Positions 5,734 through 14,990 of a stretch of 38,163 bases of DNA are shown one piece after another. The notes below the pieces were generated by a model, which saw only the letters and a list, made by a program, of their open reading frames with translations, searched no databases and was not told the DNA's origin. Where the stretch lies: positions 1-38,163 of the IMG/VR virus record IMGVR_UViG_3300038410_000117; one strand, 5' to 3'. The position numbers and the translations under genes were made by a program. The DNA comes from a virus. Every line of letters begins with the position of its first letter. Position 1 is the first letter of the stretch.

Positions 5734-7213
5734 AATCCAAGAAGCGCAAGAGCGCCGCCCCTGGCGCTACTACGCGCCCGTTCCAGTCCTTCGCGACGGA
5801 TTCCACAAATCGACGGCGAAGATTCGTCTTCTGACTGGACCGAACGGAGGCGGAAAGACATGGGCTGGAGCGTACGAACTGCTCTCCTATGCGACTGGAT
5901 ACAACCACATCCGGGATGAGCACTATCCGACGCCCAATGTCTGCTGGGCCGTCGCACTCGATCACCAGAACCTCGGCCCGATCATGCGCCGTACGGTGAT
6001 CTCGATGGCGCCGAAAGGCTCACACTTCGTCGCGAAGGAGATGAAGCTGATCCTTCCGAAGCCTTGGGGCAGCGAAATCTACTTCAAGGCGTGCGAGTCA
6101 GGCGTAGAGAAGTTCATGGCCGAGCGATGTCTGGCAATCTGGTTCGACGAGGAGTGGCCGGGAGAGGAGGGCCTTCGAATCTTCAAGGAGTCGCTCCGCC
6201 GCACGAAACCGGGCTGGCCCCTTCGCCTCTACATGACGCTGACTCCCGTCTTCGGGTACACCTGGACGTACGACTACCTTTGGCGCGAGGACTCGCCGCG
6301 TCGTTTCCGTGGCGTCGAACGCTTCAACTTCAACCTCTACGACTGCGCCCAAGCGAAGGGCGGGTTCCTCACGCAGGAGGAAATCGAAGATCGGGAACAG
6401 AACCTCGATCCGTACGAGCGACAGGCTCGGCTCATGGGCGAATACACGCTCGTCGGTGGAACGCCCGCCTTCGATCCGTCTCATCTGATGCGCGCACTCG
6501 ATCGTTGCGTCGCCGGAAAGCGCTATCGAATCAAGACAGCCGGACTCCGTGACGGCCTAGCGGCACCACTTCTGGAGGAAGACCCCGATGGACCGCTCCA
6601 CATCCTCGTCCGACCAGTCCGAGGCCGCCAGTACATCCTCGGAGGGGACCCGGCAATGGGAATCCGGCAGGACTCCAGCGTCGCCTCTGTCTGGGACCGA
6701 GAACTCCCCGTTGAAGTTGCCTATTTCTCTGGAAACGACGTGGACCCCGCCCAGTTCGCCCGAGATGTCGTGGCTCCCCTTGCGACTTTCTACAACAACG
6801 CGCTGGCGGCGATTGAGGCGAATTCTCAGGCCGGAGGCGCAGTCCTAGCCAATCTCCAGGGCGTGTACGGCCATCTCTATATGCGCCAAGATTTTGAGGC
6901 TAGGAAACGGGAGTTCAGCAGCCGCTACGGGTTCTGGACGAGCGACCACAATCGCGGCCTTCTCTTCTCGACCTTGAAGGCATCGCTTCCGATGGAGCAG
7001 TTCACCCCGAGCGAAGGCCTGATCCGCCAGATGATGAACATGATCGTGACGGAAAAGGACAGGATCGATCACATGCGCGGGCGGCATGATGATCATGTTC
7101 TCGCGGCAGCCATCGCCCTGACCGTGAATCGGCTCAATCCGACGCCGCGCTATGAGCCCTGGGGCTTCTACCGGGAGACCTACAAGGGCGAGAACGCCTG
7201 GATGGGAAATTGA
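5690..7213 (+). CDS. terL: Large terminase subunit
   Basis: Walker A LTGPNGGGKTW, Walker B-like LAIWFDEEW, C-terminal nuclease-type HMRGRHDDHVLAAAIAL. 507 aa. Confidence 0.9.
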   Translation: MDLNESNPQASQLRRIQEAQERRPWRYYAPVPVLRDGFHKSTAKIRLLTGPNGGGKTWAGAYELLSYATGYNHIRDEHYPTPNVCWAVALDHQNLGPIMRRTVISMAPKGSHFVAKEMKLILPKPWGSEIYFKACESGVEKFMAERCLAIWFDEEWPGEEGLRIFKESLRRTKPGWPLRLYMTLTPVFGYTWTYDYLWREDSPRRFRGVERFNFNLYDCAQAKGGFLTQEEIEDREQNLDPYERQARLMGEYTLVGGTPAFDPSHLMRALDRCVAGKRYRIKTAGLRDGLAAPLLEEDPDGPLHILVRPVRGRQYILGGDPAMGIRQDSSVASVWDRELPVEVAYFSGNDVDPAQFARDVVAPLATFYNNALAAIEANSQAGGAVLANLQGVYGHLYMRQDFEARKREFSSRYGFWTSDHNRGLLFSTLKASLPMEQFTPSEGLIRQMMNMIVTEKDRIDHMRGRHDDHVLAAAIALTVNRLNPTPRYEPWGFYRETYKGENAWMGN

Positions 7214-7309
7214 TTGTTGACAGCTTGGTTCGCACAGTAGCAACGTGCCGCCGCAAAGGGCGACGGATCGCCCGCCACCTTACCTCGAAGGGACTGGGAA
7301 GCGCCAAGG

Positions 7310-9211
7310 ATGGCCGATCCCCGGACGTATACTGACGGCACGACCGAGCTAGCGGCCTTCAAGTACGGGAAGGCCCTTCTCGATTCCGCACGGTCTCAAG
7401 CGCGCCACTTCACCGCCACAGCCTATGAGGACCTCAGATTCGCCCTGGGGGAGACCCAGTGGCCGACGCCTTCGAGCTATCGTGCCTGGTTCGCGGAACG
7501 CTGGAAGAACCGAAGCGTCCGGAACTACACCTTCGCGACGATCCACTACAAGGTCGCGATGTGTACGCAGGCAGAGCCCTCCATCCGCTGCGTCGCGCTC
7601 GATGAACTCTCCACAGCAGAAGAGCGCGCTTCGATCGAAGCAGCCGTCACGCACGAACTCGATCGGCTCCGATGGCGCGACTACATCCACGACGCCATGT
7701 TCGACGGCGCAGTCATGGGGAAGGGAATCATCCACGTCTACCCCATGCGTGACGATTTCACCGGGATGTACTACCTGAATCTCGAATCCGTCGATCCGAG
7801 CCGCTACTACCCCGATCCCGCGAAGTCGAAGCTGAAGGAAGCCCGGTATCTCGTCTACGAACCGGAACTCGACATGGCGATGATCCGGAAGATGTTCCCG
7901 GACACCTGGCAAACGGTGAAGCCGAAGGACAAGACGATTGGTCGGCTCGGTGACATTCAGTACTCCCGCACCGATGACGAGATCATCTACGGACCGGCCA
8001 CTGGGGAGATCACGGTCACCAAGGACGGGTATCTTGCCGAGCGGAAGGCGAACGTGGCCTTCATCTGGATCAAGGACCCGACCGTCGTTGATGACTTGAA
8101 GACGGTCCTCGACCAGCCTCCGACTCCAGGGTTCAAGTGCGCCGACTGCGGAAATGACTTCACGGCGGACGGAGCCGCATTCAGTCCTCCGACGGAACGA
8201 ACCATGCCGCGCTGTCCGGAATGCATGAGCGCGAATCTCACTCCGATGATGACCCCGCCCCTCTTCACGGTTCTGAAGGACCGGGCGCGGCTCTACCCCT
8301 TCGGGCGACTGATCGCGCTCACAGATAGCGGACTCCTCTATGACGGGCCGAGCGAATACGAACTGTCTGGCGTCTTTCCGTTCGTCGAGTACAACCACTA
8401 CCGGATTCCCCGGCGATACTGGGGCTACGGCGACGTAGCGCTCTGCAAGAGCCCGCAGCAAGCGTTGAACAAGCACATCTCCCAAGCGATCGACTACATG
8501 CGCCTAGCCGGGAACTCCCCGATGGAAGTCCCCGCCGAGGTCCAGGCGTATCGCCATCTGGGAACGATCCCTGGGGACACGATCCCGGTTCCGGCCGCAT
8601 TCATGGGAATGGCGCGCTACCTCTCGCCTGGCGGGTACAACGCGATGTTCCATCAAGTTCTAGACCAGGCTCTTCTCATGGATTTCCAGCGGACGACCGG
8701 CGTCACGGACGTGGCAAGCGGGATCGCGCCGAACGCCCCGACTTCCGGGATTGAAGTCCAGTCGCGCCAGGCGGCAGCGAACACGCGACTCGGAGATCAC
8801 ATGCGCGAACTCAACAGCACGAGTTCCGATCTCGCGAGCATCACCTACGAAATGATGCATCAGTTCTACACGGAGCCCAGGGCGTTCTCGGCTCCGACTC
8901 CCAATGGCGAACTCTATCCGATCGCGATGGAAGTCGCGCAGCTCCCCGTCAACGTTTCCGTCGTCGTCACGGCTTCGCTCGACAAGCAGCAGAAAGACAA
9001 CCTCTTCGGGCAGAACCTCATGGCCGCCGTCCAATCCGGACAGATTCCGTTCATGCCGGACCTCATGCTCCCGATGATGGGCGGAGATCGAGAGACGTCG
9101 CGCGAGATCGCCGATCGCGCACAGCAGGCCCAACAGCAACTTCAGGCGGCGAGCGCGCAGCAAGCGCTTCTGCCCGGCCCTCAACCCGCAGCGGCCCCGG
9201 AGGCAGGATGA
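7310..9211 (+). CDS. Portal protein (633 aa) with an inserted CxxC...CxxC zinc ribbon
   Basis: Position directly after terL, size, Q/A-rich acidic C-terminus. Zn ribbon is FKCADCGNDF...PRCPECMS. Confidence 0.7.
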   Translation: MADPRTYTDGTTELAAFKYGKALLDSARSQARHFTATAYEDLRFALGETQWPTPSSYRAWFAERWKNRSVRNYTFATIHYKVAMCTQAEPSIRCVALDELSTAEERASIEAAVTHELDRLRWRDYIHDAMFDGAVMGKGIIHVYPMRDDFTGMYYLNLESVDPSRYYPDPAKSKLKEARYLVYEPELDMAMIRKMFPDTWQTVKPKDKTIGRLGDIQYSRTDDEIIYGPATGEITVTKDGYLAERKANVAFIWIKDPTVVDDLKTVLDQPPTPGFKCADCGNDFTADGAAFSPPTERTMPRCPECMSANLTPMMTPPLFTVLKDRARLYPFGRLIALTDSGLLYDGPSEYELSGVFPFVEYNHYRIPRRYWGYGDVALCKSPQQALNKHISQAIDYMRLAGNSPMEVPAEVQAYRHLGTIPGDTIPVPAAFMGMARYLSPGGYNAMFHQVLDQALLMDFQRTTGVTDVASGIAPNAPTSGIEVQSRQAAANTRLGDHMRELNSTSSDLASITYEMMHQFYTEPRAFSAPTPNGELYPIAMEVAQLPVNVSVVVTASLDKQQKDNLFGQNLMAAVQSGQIPFMPDLMLPMMGGDRETSREIADRAQQAQQQLQAASAQQALLPGPQPAAAPEAG

Positions 9212-9459
9212 ACAAATCACTCGACACGCTCGTCGCGCGTCGGCAGCAAATCCGAAAGGGGCGGGCGACGCCGAATCCGATCAGCGTCGAGACGTTCCTA
9301 GCGGCCGGACGAGGCAGAACCGGAAACTGGAAGGCAAGCGAAACCGGAGCTACAACGCTCGCGCAGAGGCGTGCTCAGTACAGTTCGGAACGGAAGATGA
9401 TGGACACAGCCGGAAAGGGGACGAGGTCCTTCGAGGACTACATCCAGAAGGGAAGGTGA
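9208..9459 (+). CDS. Hypothetical protein (83 aa)
   Basis: ATGA overlap with the portal stop. Confidence 0.5.
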   Translation: MNKSLDTLVARRQQIRKGRATPNPISVETFLAAGRGRTGNWKASETGATTLAQRRAQYSSERKMMDTAGKGTRSFEDYIQKGR

Positions 9460-9710
9460 TCGAGGTGGCAATCGAAGTTCCTGGCCAGACGGGCCAGCCG
9501 CCGATGGAAGTCCAGGGGCCGTCGTTCGACACGATGGGATGGGTTCACTCGACGAATCCGAACACGGACTACGCCGAGGGAAACCCGCTTCAGGACACAT
9601 CCCCGACGATCGTAAAGGCATGGTCGAACGCGGACCAGACCATGAGCGCAGAGAACACGTCGAATGCGATCAACGGTGGTGCCGACATGATCGGGAAGGG
9701 CGGTGTCTAG
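9456..9710 (+). CDS. Hypothetical protein (84 aa)
   Basis: Start overlaps the upstream stop. Same operon phase pattern as neighbours. Confidence 0.5.
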   Translation: MIEVAIEVPGQTGQPPMEVQGPSFDTMGWVHSTNPNTDYAEGNPLQDTSPTIVKAWSNADQTMSAENTSNAINGGADMIGKGGV

Positions 9711-9991
9711 TGTCGATTACGAGCCCGAAGGAATTCGCGCTGGATGCGACGTTCGACACCCTCGTCGGAGGCAGTTCTGGCTTCCAGTTCGAGACGGAGA
9801 CGCCTCCCGATGCTCCGTCAGGGGCCGTGATGAACGGACCGCAGCAACCCGCGATGACGCCGACGGAGACGGTGGCACTCGCAGTCAAGAAGGCCAACGG
9901 TTTTCAGGACCAGGCGTCAGCCGACGGCGACGCCGACCCGAAGTGGAACCAGTCGCCCAAGTCGGACGAGTGGCCCGGCGACTACCGCTAG
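9710..9991 (+). CDS. Hypothetical acidic protein (93 aa, GTG start overlapping the upstream TAG)
   Basis: Frame of track ORF 9539-9991: VSITSPKEFALDATFDTLVGG... . The competing ORF 9703-9999 is Arg-rich and looks like a frame artefact. Confidence 0.45.
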   Translation: MSITSPKEFALDATFDTLVGGSSGFQFETETPPDAPSGAVMNGPQQPAMTPTETVALAVKKANGFQDQASADGDADPKWNQSPKSDEWPGDYR

Positions 9992-10009
9992 GGAACTAAG
10001 GAGAGCGTG

Positions 10010-10948
10010 ATGGAAGACTTCGAACTGACGGGCGGTCAATCCTCGAATGCGGAGGACACCCTACCTGATCAGGGAGGCGATGCGGCGGCAGCAGCGCCGG
10101 AACCCGAGTTCGTGGAAATCAAGAACCGCGACGACGCCTGGAAAGTCGAGAAGGACCTTTTCGAGAGTGTCGCCGACAGACTCGGTATGGACGTAGACCG
10201 TCTTCGTCGAGCGGTTCAGATCGGCCTGGACGGTGCCCGCTTGTACGAGGAAGTCAACGACGAGCGGAGTCGTCTCGCAGCCGCGTGGGAGGAACTGGCG
10301 CGCACGCGCCCGAGAGAGGAAGACCCGGCTCGTCCGGCCTATCCGCCTCAACCGGGCCAGCGTCCTACGCAGCGTCCTCCGGCTGAGGATACGACCGGCA
10401 ACCTGTTGTGGCTCGCGGAACGCTTCGAGAGTGTCCTTCCGAACATCGAACGCGTCTCCAAACTCGAAGAGATGCTTGCCGAAACCCAGAACCGATTCGC
10501 CCAATCCGAAGAGGCGCAGCAAGCCTCAGAGGAGAAGGCAATCGCGATCTCGGCGTACGAGGACGTCAAGAACGAGTGGAAGAAGCAGGGGTTCGGCGAT
10601 CTTCCATCGCGAGGTGAACTCGAACGCGCACTTCGGAGATTCCCGATCACGGACGACGTCGATCTGACATGGCACGAGGTCTGGGATCAGATCGGCTGGA
10701 TGACGGCCGGGCCGATGGTGGCGCGACGCCAAAGACGGCAAGCTGTCCTCGACAACCAGAACCCCAAGGCACGATTCACCGTTCCGGCGAACCAGGCTGT
10801 CGGCCCGACAGGGCCGCGACCTGCGGCCAGGGAGGCCGATGGGACGGACAATGCCGCCCTCGATCGTGAGTACGAGGAGCTATCGCGGCAGATTCCGGAC
10901 AATGCGACTCTGGCCAACGTCTACGGCGATCGGCGCCCGATGAGGTAG
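10010..10948 (+). CDS. Putative scaffolding protein
   Basis: Acidic, Pro/Gln-rich and coiled-coil, located directly upstream of the capsid gene. AAGGAGAG lies 5-6 nt before the ATG at 10010. Confidence 0.55.
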   Translation: MEDFELTGGQSSNAEDTLPDQGGDAAAAAPEPEFVEIKNRDDAWKVEKDLFESVADRLGMDVDRLRRAVQIGLDGARLYEEVNDERSRLAAAWEELARTRPREEDPARPAYPPQPGQRPTQRPPAEDTTGNLLWLAERFESVLPNIERVSKLEEMLAETQNRFAQSEEAQQASEEKAIAISAYEDVKNEWKKQGFGDLPSRGELERALRRFPITDDVDLTWHEVWDQIGWMTAGPMVARRQRRQAVLDNQNPKARFTVPANQAVGPTGPRPAAREADGTDNAALDREYEELSRQIPDNATLANVYGDRRPMR

Positions 10949-10955
10949 CTGATCC

Positions 10956-11816
10956 ATGATTGATGTCACCAAAGCCGGTGCATTCATCCCGACGTTGTGG
11001 GAGAACCGGATTCAGTACGCGGGCAACAACCGCCGTGGACTGACCCGACTCATCAACGATACGGGATCGCGCTGGTTCGGACCGGGCGGAACGATCAAGT
11101 GGCCGATCATGCAGGTCTGGCCTGCTGCGGTCGCGCTGGCCAACCCGCTCGTCGTTCAGGACACCGCCCAGAACATCGGGTCCTCGGACATCACCCCGTC
11201 GGTGATCACCACCTACGCTCAACTCCAAGAGCCCGCCGCGCTCACGGGTCTCAAGGACCTCATCCCGGTCTACGCCCCGACAATGGCGGAGTCGCTCTAC
11301 CAGAAGATCGACGTCGACATCGCCACGCTCTTCCAGTCGGCCGTGGCCTCGGTCGGCGGCGCGGTCGAGTGGAACGAAGGAGACTTCCTTTCGGGAATCT
11401 CTACGCTCCTCGGAAACGGCGGCGACAAGGTCGAGATCGGCAACATCTACGGCGTCTATCACACGGCGAAATGGGACGCCATTCTGGCCACGGGCAACAT
11501 CGTGAGCGCTGCGATCCGTGGCGAGACGAACAGCGCTGCCAAGACCGGAATCGTCGAGATGGCGTACGGCGTGAAGCTCTTCTTCACGAAGAACGTCACG
11601 ACCTCGACGACGCTCCGGAACGCCATCTTCGTTCGCGACGCGATCTGGATGGCACGAAAGAACCGGCCGAAGATCGAGCTAGAGCGCGATCTTCACAACG
11701 GAATGGTCACGAAGATCGTCGGTTCGACGATGTATGGCGTCGCGTACCTCCACAAGAGCACGACGCCCCAGTTCTCGTCGGACCTCCTGGTCGCGCACCT
11801 GACGACCACCACCTAG
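10956..11816 (+). CDS. Major capsid protein (HK97-fold type), 286 aa
   Basis: Position after the scaffold, size, and typical N-terminus (AGAFIPTLWENRI...). Followed by a GC hairpin. Confidence 0.75.
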   Translation: MIDVTKAGAFIPTLWENRIQYAGNNRRGLTRLINDTGSRWFGPGGTIKWPIMQVWPAAVALANPLVVQDTAQNIGSSDITPSVITTYAQLQEPAALTGLKDLIPVYAPTMAESLYQKIDVDIATLFQSAVASVGGAVEWNEGDFLSGISTLLGNGGDKVEIGNIYGVYHTAKWDAILATGNIVSAAIRGETNSAAKTGIVEMAYGVKLFFTKNVTTSTTLRNAIFVRDAIWMARKNRPKIELERDLHNGMVTKIVGSTMYGVAYLHKSTTPQFSSDLLVAHLTTTT

Positions 11817-11825
11817 TAAGGGAGG

Positions 11826-11852
11826 GGCGGGCACTTCCACGAGGCGCCCGCC
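11826..11852 (+). terminator. GC hairpin after the capsid gene (GGCGGGC...GCCCGCC), possible attenuating terminator
   Basis: 7-bp stem read directly. No U-tract follows. Confidence 0.3.
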
Positions 11853-11859
11853 TACCAAA

Positions 11860-12837
11860 ATGGAAGACTTCGAACCAGAAACGATCGAGCCAGCGATTCG
11901 CGTCGTCGACGATCCGCGAGAAATCGATCCGAACCAGCTTCCGTCGCATCTTCAGCCGAATCGACGGGCCAGTTTCAAGCATTCCGATGGGCCGCACGGC
12001 ATCATCGGATACGATCGGTACACGCTTCGGATGTACCGATGGAACGGCTATCACGGGAAACCGCTCAAGGTGCCTCCTGCATTCCTGAAGGTGGCGCAGC
12101 CCGAGATCGCGACGTGCTCGGAACCGGGGACGCACGGAGGAAGGAATCGCGGTTGCGAATGCTGGAACGGATGTCCCTATGCCGGACATGGCCCGTTCCA
12201 CGCGATCATGAAGCATCGCGATGTCGAGACGCTTCGTACTCCGACTCAGTGCTACAACATCTGGACCGGATTCAATCCGGACGGGAGCCCGGCGCAACAG
12301 ATTCACATGCTCCTGGACGGCTGGATGGTCGACACATCGAGTCGAACGGTCCCGTACGTGACGACACGCGCCGAGAAGCTGCCGGAAGGCGGCTGGAAGC
12401 GCATGCGGTACGCGGGCGAGTACGAGGTCAAGGACCTGGGGCCGATGTACTCATCGACTCCTCCGGCCGTACTCAAGCCGGAAATCTGCGTCGGCGAGGT
12501 TAGCCTGAACGATGCACTGGCGAAGTGGACGGCGCCGACCAAGGCGGAGGTACAGCAAAGTGTCGATCGAGCGGGTACACCTCGGGAAGGAACTGCGGCA
12601 CCAGGAGGACCCGAAGACGGGTCTCCCGATGGAACACGAGCCCCTGGTGGAAACCGAGGTCTACGAGGACAGGGCAACGGGCGGAGACGTACAGGCGCTA
12701 CTCGGGGAGATGCGGGAGGCGTCGCAAGTCCATCTCCAGCAGGCGTACAACCGAGAACAAGCGTTCGGCGTAGCGGAAATCAGCGACCCGGACGGAAGAC
12801 CGGTCCGCGTCCTGGGAAACGAAATCGAGGCGTATGA
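11860..12837 (+). CDS. Cys/His-rich hypothetical virion-module protein; the last 278 nt overlap the next gene out of frame
   Basis: MEDFEPETIEPA...GCECWNGCPYAGHGPFH... . After about 12560 the product becomes R/G/P-rich while the +1 frame carries the high-GC3 signal. Confidence 0.5.
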   Translation: MEDFEPETIEPAIRVVDDPREIDPNQLPSHLQPNRRASFKHSDGPHGIIGYDRYTLRMYRWNGYHGKPLKVPPAFLKVAQPEIATCSEPGTHGGRNRGCECWNGCPYAGHGPFHAIMKHRDVETLRTPTQCYNIWTGFNPDGSPAQQIHMLLDGWMVDTSSRTVPYVTTRAEKLPEGGWKRMRYAGEYEVKDLGPMYSSTPPAVLKPEICVGEVSLNDALAKWTAPTKAEVQQSVDRAGTPREGTAAPGGPEDGSPDGTRAPGGNRGLRGQGNGRRRTGATRGDAGGVASPSPAGVQPRTSVRRSGNQRPGRKTGPRPGKRNRGV

Positions 12838-12976
12838 GAAGCGAGGATTCAATCGAGCAGCACTGAAGGCCACCTTTCGGATCAACGGTTTTGGGGGCAT
12901 GAAGCGCGAGGGACTCAAGCGGGTGAAGATTCGCTACCGGAACGGAATCCGGGAAGTGATCAGGGAGGAACGTTAG
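12560..12976 (+). CDS. Hypothetical protein (138 aa, GTG start)
   Basis: GGAGGT lies 8 nt upstream of GTG. Strong GC3 bias in this frame (VSIERVHLGKELRHQEDPKTG...). Confidence 0.6.
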   Translation: MSIERVHLGKELRHQEDPKTGLPMEHEPLVETEVYEDRATGGDVQALLGEMREASQVHLQQAYNREQAFGVAEISDPDGRPVRVLGNEIEAYEKRGFNRAALKATFRINGFGGMKREGLKRVKIRYRNGIREVIREER

Positions 12977-13234
12977 ATGGCGACTACGGTCAACGAAATC
13001 ACGACTCACGCAGCCGGAGGGCTGAATCTTGTCCACTTGAAGTTGACAGCCGGAGCGGCCGACACCACGGTGACGTTCACGTTCTCTGGCACGCCGATCA
13101 TGAAGTTGATCAGCGCTCCCTTCAAGACGACGGGCGCGATCGGAGCCCAAGGCGTGACATACGTCGAATCGACGGGCGTCCTCACGGTCCAGTGCGCGAA
13201 CAACGACGTCGTCCGAATTACCTGCGGGTACTAG
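12977..13234 (+). CDS. Small beta-rich hypothetical protein (85 aa)
   Basis: The ATG directly abuts the upstream TAG stop (TAGATG). Confidence 0.55.
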   Translation: MATTVNEITTHAAGGLNLVHLKLTAGAADTTVTFTFSGTPIMKLISAPFKTTGAIGAQGVTYVESTGVLTVQCANNDVVRITCGY

Positions 13235-13237
13235 TCG

Positions 13238-13462
13238 ATGGCGCTTGGGGCGGACCTCGTCGTGATCAATAGATCGTCCTCGAAGGCTCTCACGCTTCTG
13301 AGCTTGGCCACGACGAACACGATCCTCGCTGATCCTACGCGTGACATGGACGGCGAAACGCAGATCACGCTAACGCCAGCCCAGAAACTTCAACTTCAGA
13401 GCACGCTGAACGCTCTGATCACAGCGATCAAGACGGCGGCTGCAGGTCTTCAGACGGTCTGA
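13238..13462 (+). CDS. Hypothetical protein (74 aa)
   Basis: Tightly packed in the operon. ATGA-type junction with the next gene. Confidence 0.55.
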   Translation: MALGADLVVINRSSSKALTLLSLATTNTILADPTRDMDGETQITLTPAQKLQLQSTLNALITAIKTAAAGLQTV

Positions 13463-14781
13463 TGCCTGCTGGAATTCTTCAACCCGGAGGGCCTGGAACT
13501 CGCATCTTCGTCTACGACTCGACGGCGTCGCTGACGGGATTGGACTACACATTCGCCGAAGTCCAGACGGCCTTCCCGAATGACTTTCAGAGCATGGTCG
13601 GAGCGGTGAGCGGGCTGACGTGGGGCGGGATTCGGAAGCAGTATCTAAGCAACGTTCCAATACGGCTCGGGGGGCAGGACTCCGACGGGACGGCGCCGAC
13701 GAGCATCAAGGACAGCAATTGCGATGTCTATTTCCGAACCGGCAGTCTGGAGTACAGAACGATCGGTTACACCCCGGCCCTCCTTCGGACGATGTTCGGG
13801 ACGAGGATCGCGTCCGCGATCGGGTCGGATGAGCGAGTTGGGGGTAAGGACGGAGTAGATATCCTGACGAGGACGACGCAGCAGTTCCGGGGACTCATCC
13901 TCCTCTACGGGTCCGAATGCTTCGCGGATGGGGGGAACGTGCAGTTCATCGACAGTGGAGCCTCGGGTTTCTCGGAAATCGCAGGTTGTATCTTCCGAAC
14001 GAGTTCATCGTACGTGATTGGCAACAACGTGATTCCGCAGATGGACGTCTACAACTCAACGTTCGAGGGAACTGGCGTCGGGAACCTAGTCACCGGTCTC
14101 GCGATTAGGAAAAGCGATAACGTGGTCTTCAGCGCAACAGGACCGCAGACTTTCATCACATCAGGTTCGATCAATCTTGCCTTGTCGAACGCGCAATTCA
14201 TCGGAGCGCCGACGCTGGCGGACCTACGATGGAGCGGAGGGGGAACGAACTGGCGTCTCTACAATCCCGGATTCTCCGAGACGGTCGGCGTTCCCCGATT
14301 CATCTCGACGGCGGGACCGCCGATCACGAACCCAACGAAGGAACTTTGGTATTTCAACACGAAAGTCGTCGACATCGCGGGCACGCCTATTATGAACGTT
14401 CCCGTTCGGATGGAATCCGACGTCGACGGTCCGACGCCGGTCGATACGAAGACCTTCGGCGACGGAGACATCGGTTTCGTCGATCCAGGAACCGGGATCG
14501 AGAGCGCGATCGTAGTGCGCGATCACTACGCCGACGGTTCGAATCAGTACCAGGTGCGAGACAGGACGTACACGATCTGGGTCAACGCATACGGGGGAGC
14601 CTTCCCGCCGCTCATGGGCTACGAGACGAAGCGAATCGTCTTCCAGTGGCCGGGCCGCGACGTCTTCCAGCACGCGTACCAGGCGGGCGGCGGCGAGTTC
14701 AACGTGGTGAGCATGCCGATCATGCTCCTGAACGGCAACCCTACATCGCCCGCACTGTGGGATGAGTGCCACGTCGCATGA
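13462..14781 (+). CDS. Tailspike-like protein with probable right-handed beta-helix (possible depolymerase)
   Basis: Repetitive G/N/S/T-rich beta-strand segments (NVQFIDSGASGFSEIAGCIFRTSSSYVIGNNVIPQMDVYNSTFEGTGVGNLV...). Confidence 0.5.
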   Translation: MPAGILQPGGPGTRIFVYDSTASLTGLDYTFAEVQTAFPNDFQSMVGAVSGLTWGGIRKQYLSNVPIRLGGQDSDGTAPTSIKDSNCDVYFRTGSLEYRTIGYTPALLRTMFGTRIASAIGSDERVGGKDGVDILTRTTQQFRGLILLYGSECFADGGNVQFIDSGASGFSEIAGCIFRTSSSYVIGNNVIPQMDVYNSTFEGTGVGNLVTGLAIRKSDNVVFSATGPQTFITSGSINLALSNAQFIGAPTLADLRWSGGGTNWRLYNPGFSETVGVPRFISTAGPPITNPTKELWYFNTKVVDIAGTPIMNVPVRMESDVDGPTPVDTKTFGDGDIGFVDPGTGIESAIVVRDHYADGSNQYQVRDRTYTIWVNAYGGAFPPLMGYETKRIVFQWPGRDVFQHAYQAGGGEFNVVSMPIMLLNGNPTSPALWDECHVA

Positions 14782-14990
14782 GCCCGATGACCTGGACAGA
14801 AGGCGCCACGGTCGATCACTCGACGGTAGAAGTGATCCTTCTTGGGCCTTGGCTTCCAATGCCGATCACGACAGAGGCGTGGACTCATCCGGATACGCCC
14901 GTGGGTTCGTTCGCGGAGTGCGCTACGCCGGATGGGGCGCACACCGAATGCACGACGCCCTCCGGAACCTGGAGTAAGCCAACGCTATGA
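14778..14990 (+). CDS. Hypothetical protein (70 aa)
   Basis: ATGA overlap with the tailspike stop. Confidence 0.45.
   Translation: MSPMTWTEGATVDHSTVEVILLGPWLPMPITTEAWTHPDTPVGSFAECATPDGAHTECTTPSGTWSKPTL

Noticed and set aside
7349-8485. 378-aa minus-strand ORF inside the portal gene. Similar long antisense or alternate-frame ORFs occur at 10997-12088, 14224-14859, 18200-18799, 19741-20718, 23750-24352, 24581-25444 and 29604-29972.
   Set aside because: All lie within stronger genes on the other strand or in another frame. All encode R/G/P-rich low-complexity products with poor third-position GC bias.
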